Below are positions 26,030 to 38,619 of a DNA stretch of 64,000 nucleotides, in pieces. The notes below the pieces were generated by a model. It saw nothing but the letters and a program-made list of their open reading frames with translations. It did not search any database and was not told where the DNA came from. The first letter of the stretch is position 1. Each line of letters starts with the position of its first letter. Position numbers and translations under genes: made by a program. Source of the stretch: Camelus dromedarius (taxonomy: Eukaryota); contig NC_087438.1 of assembly GCF_036321535.1 (NCBI RefSeq), positions 5,954,001 through 6,018,000 on the forward strand, read 5' to 3'.

Positions 26030-26400
26030 TAGCCGGTGATCCAGATGGCCTCAGCATTTCCGCCAGCTTGATCAAAGTTAGGCAGGTGTCTTTTTGACTC
26101 CAGGCCTGACCTTCCTTTTCTTGGAGCATTTACTTTGGAAAATTTGCAAATTGTTTCTCTTTCTCTTTGGGATGAAAATTTTTTAAAAAGCCTCTTGCCA
26201 GTTTCCCAACCCAGGATGTCTTTCTCAAGGACCTGGGAGCCGTCTCTTTGAAGTGCAGTCATCAAGGAAAATGGTGCCCCACCTCCCCATCTTGGCAGGA
26301 AGATGGGAGCTTAACCAGCAGGATCTTTGCTCCAAGTCCTAAAACCATTTCCTCATGTGAAGATAGAAGAAAGCGGATGCTCTGTCGATGAGCTTTGGAA
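26030..26400 (+). mobile_element. ERV1 LTR fragment (MER34/MER39-like)
   Basis: 'ccttttcttggagcatttactttggaaaatttgc...aaaagcctcttgccagtttcccaacccaggatgtctttctcaaggacctgggagcc...catcaaggaa' resembles the recalled MER34/39 consensus. Confidence 0.75.
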
Positions 26401-27168
26401 CCCTTTCCCAGGTTCCTCCCTCTTACCCTTCCTAAAGGCAGGGGCCATCATGAACCCATGGCCGTGTTTCTGGTGTCGCTGGGATAAGGAAGAAAGAGAC
26501 ACGGCCTATAAACCAAGGTGACAGCAATGGGTCCTGAGCAGAGTCCACATGCTGCTGGGTCAGAAGACCTGGACTCACTGCCCTGGCAGGACAGTGGGCT
26601 TCAAGGTGATTACCCTGCCACTGGAGTCCCTTCCCTTGCTGTGGTTTTCTGAAGACGCTTTGGAGGGATGCAGTGGGAGGCTGTCCCTTCTGGAAAAGCA
26701 TCACTTAGAAACCTGCTTCCCCTGGGTTCGGGGCCCCAGGGTCACCACAAAGGTTTTAGGAACCCAAATTCTTTGTTTGCTGCAGAGCCCAGGTGTCTTT
26801 GAGATTACAGTCCTGTGAAGATGGAGTTGGCTTTTTGCAGATTTATATTTGGTCAACCTAATTAATTAGTGACCAATGCCGAAATATTGTTCCTGGATCA
26901 AGGGCAAGTCTGGGATATTTTGCCCTTACAAATAGACCTGAATATGGGCCCAGCTCTACAAAGTTCAGTTAAACATGTCCCTTGCTCTCTGCCTCAAAAC
27001 AACACAGTCTCCCCTCTGCCTGGAGGTGGAGCCCTAAAAGAGACAAGGATTCCTTTTCTAGCAAGCCCCCCATTTGTTAGCCAGGGATTGGGCCTGGGAG
27101 GACTGGCACAGCCCTGACAGCCCTCTCGTCTTCAGCTCTGTTTCCTGCCCCCAGGCCTCTATTGGCAC

Positions 27169-27497
27169 TGCAAAAAATTAATACACAGAAACCTCAATTA
27201 AAGAGAGCCAGGAGACCAGAAGGGGAGCTCCCATGCTCTGTGACTATGGCAGAGTCCAGCAAGGAAGACGGAAGACTCCTTTCCTGGCAAGGATTCAGCC
27301 AAGGAAAAGCCATGGACTCTGTTTCCTGCAGCCCTCCCGTCTTGCCCCCTGTGTTCAAGTGCTCTCCTCCCCTCGCTGTGAGGGCGCTTGCGTGAAGCTT
27401 GCTGTGGTAGCAGACCAGAACTGCAATTCTCAGCTAATCCCAAATAAACCCGTATTTGCTGGAGAAATATCTGGCAATTCATCTGTTTAGGTCAACG
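27169..27497 (+). mobile_element. ERV-type solo LTR (artiodactyl-like)
   Basis: Begins tg, contains 'ggagaccagaaggggagctc' and polyA signal 'aataaa' near 27443, ends 'tttaggtcaac'; possible 4-bp TSD gcac/gtac. Confidence 0.65.
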
Positions 27498-27899
27498 GTA
27501 CCAACGGTACCAGTTTAGGAGTGAGGGATTGGGACTTTTCCAACATTAAATATTGTGATTTCAATGGTCACCCTAGATTATTGCTTCTAGAGAAAAAGTT
27601 CTTCCTTCAGAAAAGCTATGTTTTCTTCCTTTACTGATTTATTTCCAGTGTCTTTTCTATCAAGTCCTTTAAAGTTCAGCCACCACCAGCACTTGGTGTT
27701 TGTTCCAAAACACAACAGCAAAAAATTTAACAAAATGTGGTGCTATCCCATTGCAGGCTTCCCTGCTCCGTCCTTGGGAAAAACGTGGGATGCAAAACAA
27801 CCTTTGCTCCCTCCACTTACCTTGCAGATTCCGCAGTTAGCGTCTTTCCTTTGTCCCATCTCAACTCCAGGTGCCATTCTCTGGACCAGCTGGACTCTT

Positions 27900-28200
27900 T
27901 TGGATGTACTCCCACTCTGGTGGATTCAAGCAAAGGAGAAACTTGTTGAAGTGACTCAGGGTGGCTGAAAAGTCAATCTTCAGGACAAGAGCCGGAGACC
28001 AAAGGGGTTGTGGGAAGCGAGATGCAACAGACAATCCATTCAGGGTGCCAAGTTTCATGTAATTTCACCTTTGAGTATATCTGTTATATCTTCCCCTCAA
28101 GATTCAAGTTCCAGAAGAGGGAAACTCTGATTGCCCTAGTTTGGTTCTCATCCGTCTCCTGCAGCGGGGCCGGGGCTTAGGGAGAGGGCAAGGTAATCGG
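27900..28200 (-). mobile_element. Ancient MaLR LTR (MLT1J/K/L-like)
   Basis: 'caagattcaagttccagaagagggaaactctgattgccctagtttgg' resembles old MLT1 in reverse. Confidence 0.45.
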
Positions 28201-28231
28201 TATTCTCATTGCCTATGATTTGGGGGGAAAC

Positions 28232-28338
28232 GGGATGACTAATTCTTGATTTGTGTGGGAATTAGTTTTGTTACTAAAAGTCTTACATCCTAGGAACCCC
28301 TGCAGTCCCATGAGAAGTGGGGATAGTCATTCACCATA
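28232..28338. mobile_element. hAT-Blackjack-type MITE (MER81/MER94-like)
   Basis: 'gggatgactaattc...ttttgttactaaaagtcttacatcctaggaacccctgcagtccc...gggatagtcattcacc' with decayed terminal inverted repeats. Confidence 0.55.
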
Positions 28339-30091
28339 GAAAGGAAAACTTGGTCCTCACAAGAAAATGGAGACATTTTTAGCAACGGCAGAGTGAAAGC
28401 TGGGCTGGCCTAAAACAGTAAATACACATGACAGAATGAAAAATGTAGATGTTATTATGGCAAAGGAGGTATAGATGCCCGGCAGATGAAAAAGTCTGTT
28501 AACTTGAGCCCTCTTGTGGTTCCAGGTGTGGTATGTAATTTTCTGCACGCTGCTGGGCCACCAGGGTGGGAAATACAGGAGAGAAAGAGAATTCCAATAT
28601 GTGGACTTAATCTTCCATCCTTGACTCTGAGCCCTGGATTCCTTTCAAATGAGGAGGAATTCATTAGTTACCTAGGAACCTTAAAGCACTGTCATCGACT
28701 CTTCCCTTGTGATTTTTTTTTTTTCTGATTCTAAAACCAATTTCCTTATGGGTTTAGAGGACAGTGGTGCATGTCCCATGTTGACCAAGCTACACTGTAG
28801 ACAAATTCAGGTGCGTTTATTCAATAATAGGCACAAAAACTCATCTGGAATTTCAAACATGACCAAGATCTAGACCACATCTCTAAGGAGCATGCAAAGG
28901 AGTGACCCCCATTCATGGGACCAATTTCCCTTGGAATCAGTTAACGCTGCTGAGTTTCATGGCCACAACAGGCAATCTCCACCGCCTGCAAACCTCTCTC
29001 CAGTTTCCAGGAGTCTCCAGTCTCCCTCCAGTCCTGAGAAAAAAGTTTCCACGTGTCTTTGAAACTATTCTGCCTCTCTTGTGCACTTTAGAGACTTCCT
29101 GTTCTCCTTCATACAATCTGTGAAGGTGGAGATTTCCTACATATATTGCATAATTAAATGCCATTTCTGCACCATAATTAAAATTACCAGGTGACTAATG
29201 TTTAATGATACACCAACTTCACATTTCATCAGAATTCTGTCTTCTACATCCTACTTCATTAAGAAAATGTATATTTTAATATGTACAACTGAGCTAGCCA
29301 CATCAGGGTTACCTAGAAACTCAGAATCGCTGAAGTCATATGTGAAGTCTGTCCACGATTGCTGAATATTTCCTTAATAAAACCAATTTTTAAAAAGCCT
29401 CCTTGAAAAAGTGGACACATGCTTCTACTCTGAGAAGATTTTGGAATGTAAGAACTGAAACATCCTTAGCTATTTCTTTTAGACTTAAGAGGATTTACTC
29501 ATTTTTACTTCAACATTGTGATATTTTGCATGTGTGTGAATTTGCCTTGTCCACATGCTTCTCAATTGTTGTAAAATAGGTCTTTATATTTTATTATAAT
29601 CTTTACATTCTTTAATCCTAGAGCCACGCACATCCCAAATTTGGAAAGGATGCCTCAATTTGTATTATTCCATCTTCTGTATCAACAAGGTTAACCAGAT
29701 ATTCTGATGCCCAGTGTTCAAAGCACGTGTCATGGACAGCATCTTGCAATAAAAATGGCACAAAATTGATTTGTCATACAATTGTCCCAATTTATGTTTT
29801 GGGCAAGAGGATGACACTCTATGCATGTCACCCTAAGAATCCAAGGCAGGAGCTCCAGCTGTCACTCCACTTGAAAGGTGCAAATAGTAAGAGCAGGTGT
29901 GATGATCACCTGGAGCGTGGACAACATACACTACACTTTCTATGCATTTTAGTGAACAGAGATTCATGATGTAGGAAAAAAAGCATACACATTCAGCAAT
30001 TAGCCAGCACATTTCCTCTGAGACAGATAAATATTCAGCATATGACTTTTGGTAGAGGATATACAATGAAAGTGTGGGGCACAATGCTTTG

Positions 30092-30536
30092 TATTATGGG
30101 GTGAATTTTGTTGCCCAAAAAGAAAAGTTGAAGTACTAAACCCCAGTACATAGGAATGTGACCTTATTTGGAGACTGTATCTTTGCAGATATAATCAGGT
30201 TAAGATGGAGTCGTCAGGGTTAGTCCTAATCCAATGACTAGAATCCTTTCGAGAAGATGGATATTCAGACACAGATGCAGGCTCACATGTGACGACAGAG
30301 GCAGAGATCAGGGTGATAAAGCTGCAAGCCAAAGAAAGTCAAGGATTTCCACCAGCCACTGAGAGCAAAGAGGGTCACGGGAGGGTTCTATCCTATTGGC
30401 TTCAGAGGGAACATGGCCCACCCAACGCCTTGATTTTGGACTTCTAGCTTCCAGAACTGTGAAACTATAAACTTCTGTTGCTTCAAGGCAGCCAGTCGGT
30501 GGTACTGTGTTACGGCAGCCCCAGGAAACTAACACA
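30092..30536 (+). mobile_element. MaLR solo LTR (MLT1C-like)
   Basis: 'tattatggggtgaatt...gaatgtgaccttatttggagac...cttgattttggacttctagcttccagaactgtga...gcagccccaggaaactaacaca'. Confidence 0.9.
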
Positions 30537-33014
30537 CCTCATCTTCAGAAACCGCCACTGCACAGAGATTTGGCAATCTCCAGCTTTGAGCTGGACACTG
30601 GGTCATTGCAGGGGAGGCAAACACTAAAACAATGTGTCTGATTTCCTGAAGCGCAGTTTACATTTTACACTGTTTGGATATTCTGGCACAGCTGGGCATG
30701 ATAGCAGATGGAAGTCTTATAAGGCAATTTTGATCTCTTGCAGGAGTCATAAACTTCAAAACAATAATTGTAGTGCGAACCTCTTCTCAGGGCTGCAGGA
30801 TGTTTCAAAAAGATGTAGATTTATGGTGGTAAAACCTAACAACAGACTGGTACGCCAACTATAGTTTTCAGTCCCTGTATTTATTAAGGAAGCACTTTTG
30901 TAGGTTAGAAGATTAAGGGTGGGAATTGGAAATCACCGCTTCTATATATACTGGTTTGAAATCTCCTGTAGGGCTCCGAAAGAGAGAAAGCTGTGTGCTT
31001 TCTTGCTGTCTGATCCTGAGTGTGTATTTCTTGTTGGTAATCGTTCTTGAGTTTTGCGTAGCAGCTTTGTGGAATTACATCTCTTTCTGTCAAACATGTG
31101 ATGGCTTTGATCTTAGGAAAGTATTAGTGGTAACTGGTAAATCTGGGATGTCTACGTTCGAAATTGCATTAAACGCAAAAGCATCTCCTATTCTTTAAGG
31201 CTTTTATTTCATTCCAACTATCAGCATTTTAATTGGAAAGAGAATCCGAGGATGAATCAACAGTGTAAGGCTTAAGAGATTCTGGCACCATTAGGAGTAT
31301 TGCTTCAAATTTATTGCACGGGTTCCTCTTTTTTCCTAAACCTTACAATGGTATTACAAGTATATCACCCTGAATCAGTCTTTCTACCATATGTTCTCAC
31401 TGTTCTATATTATCATCGGCCCAGGGACCCTGTACACTAACCATAAGCTTTTCTTAAAGAATATTACAAGAAAGAGAGAGGTTAGCCAACATTTTCCACT
31501 TCATTTTAAGTAAATACATTAACTTATGGGCTCTGAAAAAATTAAGAAGGACATGGAATCAGCTACGATCTCTTTCACTGAGCAAATTAAAATGTTATAA
31601 TTAGAGATATTATGTAACTACTAGGTATTGAATTTTTCTTTCTCTCTCTTTCTCTTTCTTTCACAGAAACGTATCTGGAAAAATCTCAAACACAGACTTA
31701 GACTTAGATATTATCTTTTTACCTTTCTTCCATTAAAAAAAAAAAAGAACTATCAGGGCCAGAGTAGTAGCTTTTTTATGATTATAGAAATGAAAGTATA
31801 TTATTGAAACTGAGAGTGTCATTTTAAAATATACCCTCATATTTATTTGTGGTAATTCATAATATGAGGTGCACTGAAATTTGAGATTGTGATATTTCAT
31901 TTTCTAGAAACCAATAATAGAAGAAAAATTATTTTGATTACCCTGTGAGAAAGAGAAATTGTGGTTCAGTGAATATTTTTGTGTCTATAGTTAAAGCTAC
32001 ACTTTAAAAAAGCAAATCAAATTTAATATTGACCAAGTGTATCAAATCAGTAGTGTCATTATTCTTCTAAGCACCAAGCCAACTTTTGGACAAAACCCCA
32101 GCGTTTAGAGCTTCTCCACTCCCATGAAGAAGTGCTGAATGGGAGAGGGGTGCTGCCAAGCTACACTAACAAAATGGGGTGATAACACTGCCCCCATAAC
32201 TATATTGCAAAGCACCACCTGTGGACTGGTTTGGTTGACTTCTGGCTGATCCCCACGGCATTTGATGACTGTGTCCCTGTTGGGCAATGATGTTGGAGGA
32301 GTCATTTAATTTCTCACTTTTTCAGTCTATGATTTGGAAACAATAGCAATTTGTCACCAGTATCCGTCAGAGAACGTGCAGAGCTCAGTGGTTTTGTGTT
32401 TGTCTCTTCCCCACCCTGAACATGACCTTCCAAGTTTAGAACGATTTTGGAATTTTGCAGAAACACAGGGGAGGGGCCATAGCACTTCTGGAACTCACCA
32501 TTGAGCATGGTGCCTGGCATTAATATTTGATTATTTCATGGTCCTTTGGAGTAACTACAAAATCATTTTAAAAGGTAGCAGCAGTATTTAACTTATGTAT
32601 TTTTTGGTTTTGCTAATAAAAAGTATAGACATATGCAAGTTATATTTTGAAGAGTTCCACTTTGTTTTGAGTTAATTATTCATTTGATAAACTACTAAAT
32701 TGAATGAGAAACACACATAAGATCTGACAAGAAGGAAGAGGAGTTTGGATCTTAGTCAAAACAATAGGCTTTAACTTCATCAAAATACACAATATGTTTA
32801 CCTGGCAATTGGAAATAAATGTGAAAGCAGTGTTTTAATAACATGCTTGCCAGTTTACTAAAATGATGGGGGGGCCAATAATTACTTTGGGGAATTTACT
32901 TTATAAATATGATTTCTAAAGATCTTTTGATAGGAAGAAAAGTAGTGTTAATTATCAAATTAAATGACTGTGCAATCGTTGCTAGCTAAAACTACTTTGA
33001 ATCTGCTACAACTC

Positions 33015-33488
33015 CATATCTTCCTCAACTTATCCTGGGGTTGTCCCGATAAATTCATCATAAGTCGAAAATATTGTAGGTCGAAAACGCATTTAATACA
33101 TCAAACGTACTGAACATCGTGGCTTAGACTAGCCTAATGTAAGCGTGCTCAGCACACTTACACTAGCCCACAGCTGGGCAACGCCATCTCACACAAAGCC
33201 TGTCTTATAATAAGTGTTGAATGTCTCATGTAATTGATTGAATACTGTACTGAAAAAGAAAAACAGAACAGTTGTTTAGCTGAGGAATGGTTGGAAGTGC
33301 ATCCCTTATTTACCCTCGTGATCGCCTGGCCACTGGGAGCTGCCTGGCGTCAGAAGGGAGCATCACCAGCCTAGGAGAAGATCAAAGTGCGAAGTGCAAA
33401 GTATGGTTTCTACTGAATGCATATTGCTTTTCCGCCATAATAAAGTCAACAAATTTAAGTGAAATTATGCTGAGTCCAGTACCATCTG
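33015..33488 (+). mobile_element. Tigger5/MER47-type non-autonomous DNA transposon
   Basis: 'cccgataaattcatcataagtcgaaaatattgtaggtcgaaaacgcatttaatac...ttaccctcgtgatcgc...aagtatggtttctactgaatgc...accatctg|ta', with TA at the right end. Confidence 0.85.
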
Positions 33489-34599
33489 TATAAGTGAAGG
33501 AAATATTTTTAAGGGGATTCTGATTTATTAGTGTTACCTTTTATCTTAAACCAGAGTTTGGCCTCCTAGAGTGTTGCCAGAGATAGTGGTCTGACTTCCT
33601 AGAAGCTGACACAGGGCACAGACAGGCCTCCAAGCTGGTTCCATAGATAACAGGCTGGTTTTCCAGGCTGGTTGCTGCAGATGCTGGTTGGGTCAGAGTT
33701 CTGTCTTTATGTGTGGTCTGTGTGTTCAGTGTCTCAGAGAGAAGACCGTGGAGCCTCCGCAAGGCACAGAAATGGGGCCTGACACATATGTCACAAACCA
33801 CAGGTTTCATAAATTTGTCCCTTAAATTCATCATGGCTGCTCCAAGCAGCCGTAGGGCTTAGCAAACTAAGATTCTAAGATCTCAGAACTACTCTCTCCC
33901 TGGTTGGAAAACATTGCCCTGGAGAATTGTTTCTGTGAAGATAGATCATTATTCATCTTCGTTCTGTTTATGGTAAAGGAAAAATACAAATGCTTCATTT
34001 ATCAAGAGATTAAAAGTAATGCCGACAAAAACTTCCTCTTCCCTCGAGGCTTTGATGAATTTTACTGACACTGCTTTGATTCAAAACAACAGCAAAATCT
34101 CAGTTTTTATCAATGAAGAGCACTTACATCATTTCTAGCAAAATGAAATAAAGTTGGTTCAGTGTACCTGACCCCCAACACCTGAAATTCTTATTCCCAT
34201 TAAGTATGTCATGAACGATTTTCCCCCGACTGCAGAAATAGCAGGTCACTGCTGGTCTGGTTAGCTGTCATGGCCATGTGCTTTGCCTGCATCACAGACA
34301 CGATGAAGCTCACAAGTTTGGCATTTTGAAAAAAATCTTCGACCCCAAGTCTTGATGGCGCTCATTACTGACTGGCTTCTGCCCATGTTTCTGTGAGCTG
34401 CGTCTTGAGAGAAGGCGCTGCAGCATTGGCCGAAGCCTTTCCGAGCCTGTGCAGTTGCAATCTGGCAGTGGCCTGGCACTGACCTCTCTGGGCTGGGATC
34501 CTGCCTTCAGGAATGTGATCAAAAGGAACACACAGGCAGCCTGCATCCCACACTGCTGTTAAACACCAGATGTAAGTTCATGAAGAACTTTCATAATCC

Positions 34600-35075
34600 T
34601 GCCTCACCTATGTGATGATTCCACCAGCGAGGCATGAGGGTTCCAGCCACTCCTTTTCTTCACCAGCACATGGAATGGTGAGTCCTTTTTAATTTCTGCT
34701 ACTATAATGGGACGTATGGTGACATATTGTGGCTTTGCTTTGTATGTTCTTGACAACTAACGGGGCTCGGCATCTTTTCTTATGCTTAGTGGCCATTCTT
34801 ACATCTCCTTCGGTGAGATGTCTGTTCAAATACCTTGCCATTTTTAAAAATTGAGTTAGTTGTTCTCATTATTATATGAGAGGTTGTTCTCGTATTATTA
34901 TATGAGTCTGACTATTGAGTAGTCAAAGTTTTTTTCAATATTCTGTATACAAACTTCTTATCTGATATGTGTTTGCAAATATTTGCCTCCCAAACTCTGC
35001 TCTGTCCTATATTATGTTGAAATACTTTTTTCAAAGAGCAAAAGTCCATAATTTTGATGAGTATCAATTTATCTT
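34600..35075 (-). mobile_element. Old L1M ORF2 fragment
   Basis: 'ccaccagcgaggcatgagggttcca...catcttttcttatgcttagtggccattc...tgtctgttcaaatacc...gatatgtgtttgcaaatattt'. Confidence 0.85.
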
Positions 35076-35252
35076 TAAAAAATACTTACAATGTACAGTG
35101 AGGAACATATAGATAGCTATGTTTCTGCACCATTTATCACTTTCTTTTTTCTCTTGAATATCTTTGTTAGCAACCAATTGTCAGAATACATGTGGACACT
35201 GTTTGGACACCTTGTTTCTTTGAATTAGCTTTCTATCCTTTTGCCTTTCTAT

Positions 35253-35479
35253 TATTTTAACAATTTTATTTATTTATTTATTTTTTATTTTTTAAACTTT
35301 TTTTTATTGAGTTACAGTCATTTTACAATGTTGTATCAAATTCCACTGTAGAGCACAATTTTTCAGTCAGTAGCTGAAAAAACAGTAAGAAATGCTTAGT
35401 TAAAGAACTCCTTCATTTTAGAAAAAGGAAATGAGAAGAATAATTAATATATGTTCACGTATATTTTAACAATTTTATT
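35253..35479 (-). mobile_element. Complex young L1 insertion (tail + captured inverted genomic segment) with 18-bp TSDs
   Basis: TSD tattttaacaattttatt at 35253-35270 and 35462-35479; poly(T)/L1 tail 35271-35367 is the reverse complement of 19935-20030; foreign segment 35363-35443. Confidence 0.9.
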
Positions 35480-35791
35480 CGTCAGTTACTCAAGATGTAT
35501 CTCCCTCAATAATTAATGCCTTAACATTTTTGTTCAGTAATGCGATTTATCTGTGATAGGCTCCCCAGGTTGCTGACTTCTACAAATGGATATATTCAGA
35601 TGAAAAACAGACCTAAATCATCCCAATGTGAAACTAAACTTTACCTTTTGTATATGATGGAATTTATTAATTCTTTATCTATCTGCCATTTTGAATGGTG
35701 TGTGATTGTGTTATTCTCCTCATTTCCTTTTTCTAAAATGAAGGGGTTCTTTAACTCAGCATTTCTTACTGTTTTCTCAGCTACAGATTGA
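35363..35791. repeat. 81-bp inverted repeat, 267-bp spacer
   Basis: 35363-35443 is the reverse complement of 35711-35791, 6 mismatches by manual alignment, no gaps. Confidence 0.95.
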
Positions 35792-37407
35792 CCTTAGTGC
35801 ATTCACTTCGAGAAATAATGAGACAGTGCCTGGGTTGACCATGACTTTGTCAATCGACTATACCCTTCAGCTTCTCCTGCTGCCTACACTTACCACCTCC
35901 CCAATTCCTTTCATAGGCGTTGAGCCCTAATTTCCAATTGATATCCCAAACTCCAAGGAAGCACCTGGTTCTGGAGAAACCAGGGTGAGACAGGAACATA
36001 AATTTGTCAAATGGAGTTTTAAAATAGAATGCTCGATGAAATTCCCCATTCTTCATTTACCGTGTGACAACTTTACCATCAGCTTCTTCACACGAATGCT
36101 TTCATCAAATGACCAGTTTGGGGGGAAAATGTGTTCTCTTGTTGACATGGAAAGATGAGCCGTATTTTCTGGGGAACGAGAGGACCAGCTGGCATCTGTG
36201 TTACTAGCTTGACTCGCTGATCAGAGCTGCTGGCAGACAGCTTCTCCGGGCTCTGCAGAACTGTGTTTCGGGTGCTGTAGGTGCGTGCTACACTAGGGGT
36301 CTTTGTCGTCCTTTCCCCAGTTTGTTTTAGCATGTATGCTTGCTAAGATTGTGACGTTTCTGAGAAAAGGCAAATAAAAAAAATTAGTTTTGTATTGTAT
36401 TGTTTTATTTTAATTCCCAAACCATATTTAGGTAGCTCAAGAGGATATCAGCTTTTGACATTTTGGCGATGGGCTTGGAACTAGTTTAGATTAATTTCTG
36501 AGGGCAACTCGTGAGGGGTGATTTGTGAGGAAGATCAAGCAGATATCACTTGCCTTTGGACATGATGGGAGTTCAAGGGACACTGAGCATTGCTGGAGAG
36601 TAGCACTCTCGGCCCAGGCTGTAAACGCAAACCTGTGATTTTGGAGGCCCAGTAATTAATTTCCATCGGTGATTGAAAGGGACAGGTGTCAGTGACAATC
36701 CAGGTGCAAATGAAATATAAACAGGAGATGTGAGGGGCTCATTTTCCTCACCCAAATCTACTGCCCAAGTAATCTATCTTCTGAGAAAGTAGAGAAATTA
36801 CAATTTGAAAGTTTTCTAGGCAGCAAGAAAAATGAAAAATAAATCACTTTTTGATGGTTTAGGAGGTTTGAGGGGAAAAGTCATTTCTAGGTCTATAATT
36901 ATGAACACATTTACATATCTATTTTCTTAAATAGCATTGAGTACTGGATTGTGTGTGTGTGCACTCTTTTTTATGATTGTATGGTGTGTGTTGACATTTT
37001 TCACATTTTCATGGCTACTAGTTACATGCGAAATACTTAATGCTTAGAGAAAATATATTTAATGATTCTGTAATGCATTGTTAGCCCCTGCTCTTCTTGT
37101 TTGTAAATATTTATTTCCTCTTACTGTTTTTCGGGTTTGCTACCCCAGGCCAGAATATGTAAAGTTTTTTTTTTTTTTTATTGGTAATCAAGGACTCTAG
37201 AGGAAATGTTGCTAACAGGTGGGTGTGTGGGGATTGAAAGTGGAAGCTGGGGGATGTCATTTCCCTTCACAGAAATTGTTCTGATCTAAGGTTAGGATGC
37301 ATGAAGACACGTGTCCAGTATGGATGATGAGGTGGAAGGCTGCACTGATGCTCCTACAAAGTTGTGTTACATATCAGAAAGTGCACAGAATTTTCAAAGC
37401 AACTATA

Positions 37408-37800
37408 ATATAGCAGCACTATTTACAATAGTCAAGACATGGAATCAACACAAATGTCATCAACCGATGACTGGATAAAGAAGTTGTGGTAAATATATAT
37501 ATATACACACACACACACATACACACACACATTGGAGTACTACTCAGCCATAAAAAAAGAATAAAATAATGCCATTTGCAGCAAAATGGATGGACCTGGA
37601 GATCACCGTTCTAAGTGAAGGAAGCCAGAAAGAGAAAGAAAAATGCCATATGATATTGCTTATATGTGGAATCTAAAAAAAAGGACAATAACAAACTTAT
37701 CTACAAAACAGAAACAGACTCACAGACATAGAGAACAAACTTATGGCTACCAGGGATTAAAGCGGGTGGGAAGGGATAAATCGGGAATTCGAAAATTGCA
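37408..37800 (+). mobile_element. Artiodactyl-type L1 ORF2 end/3'UTR fragment with internal (TA)n(CA)n
   Basis: 'atagcagcactatttacaatagtcaagacatggaa...gatgactggataaagaag...gccatttgcagcaaaatggatggacctggag...aaacagactcacagacatagagaacaaacttatgg'. Confidence 0.9.
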
Positions 37801-37945
37801 CCTGCTGGGGAGTGATGGAAATGTTAGCTATCTTGATTGTGGTAGTGGTTTCATTGGTGTGTCCATCTATCAAAATTCATCAAAGTGTACATCTGAAATA
37901 TGCGTACTTTCCTGTCAGGAACCATACCACAATAAAGGTGTTAAC
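37801..37945 (+). mobile_element. Old L1M 3' end
   Basis: 'ggggagtgatggaaatgttagctatcttgattgtggtagtggtttc...atcaaaattcatcaaagtgtacatc...caataaag'. Confidence 0.85.
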
Positions 37946-38027
37946 TTTTTTTTTATTTTGTAAAAATGATAGAAACACTAAACAGCTTTGTAAAAAAAAT
38001 AATATTAGTTTTACAGTAGTTTTCACC

Positions 38028-38567
38028 TGTAATGGTTACTTTTATGTGCCAGTGTGACTAGATTAAAAGATGCCCAGATGATGGGTAAAACATTGTTTCT
38101 GTGTGTATCTGTGAGGGTGTTTCAGGAAGAGATTAGCAATTGAATCAGTAGTAAAGAAGATGGTCCTCACCAGTGCAGGTGGGTATCATCTACTCCATTG
38201 GGAGCCTGAATAGGATAAAAAGGGGGAGGAAGGATGGATTTACTCTCTGCTTGAGCTAGGACATCCATCTTCTCCGTCCTCAGACACAGGTGCTTCAGGT
38301 TCTCTAGCCTCTGGCCTCTGACCAGAACCTACACCTTTGGCCTCCTGATTCTCAGGCCTATTGACTTCAGCCAGGACTCACTATCAGTTCCCCTGGTTCT
38401 TAAGCCTTTGGACTTGAACTGAATGAAGCCACCAGCTCTCCTGGTCCTCCAGCTTGCAGACAGAAGATGGTGAGGCTCTACAATCTTGTGAACCAACTCC
38501 TATGATAAATCTCTTATTATAAACCTCTCTGTTCATCGTGTTAATTCTGTTTCTCTAGAAACCTTAA
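38028..38567 (+). mobile_element. ERVL solo LTR (MLT2-like)
   Basis: 'tgtaatggttacttttatgtgccagtgtgactag...tgtgagggtgtttcaggaagagattagc...ccagcttgcagacagaagatgg...ttctgtttctctagaaacc'. Confidence 0.9.
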
Positions 38568-38619
38568 GTCAGCATCTCACTTTTTGCTACTTATTATCTC
38601 ACTTGACTCCAAGAACACA

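Noticed and set aside
27821..27964. Minus-strand 144-bp exon-like segment with AAG|GTAAGT donor
   Set aside because: Weak polypyrimidine tract, partly inside a probable old MaLR LTR, peptide unrecognised; likely chance.
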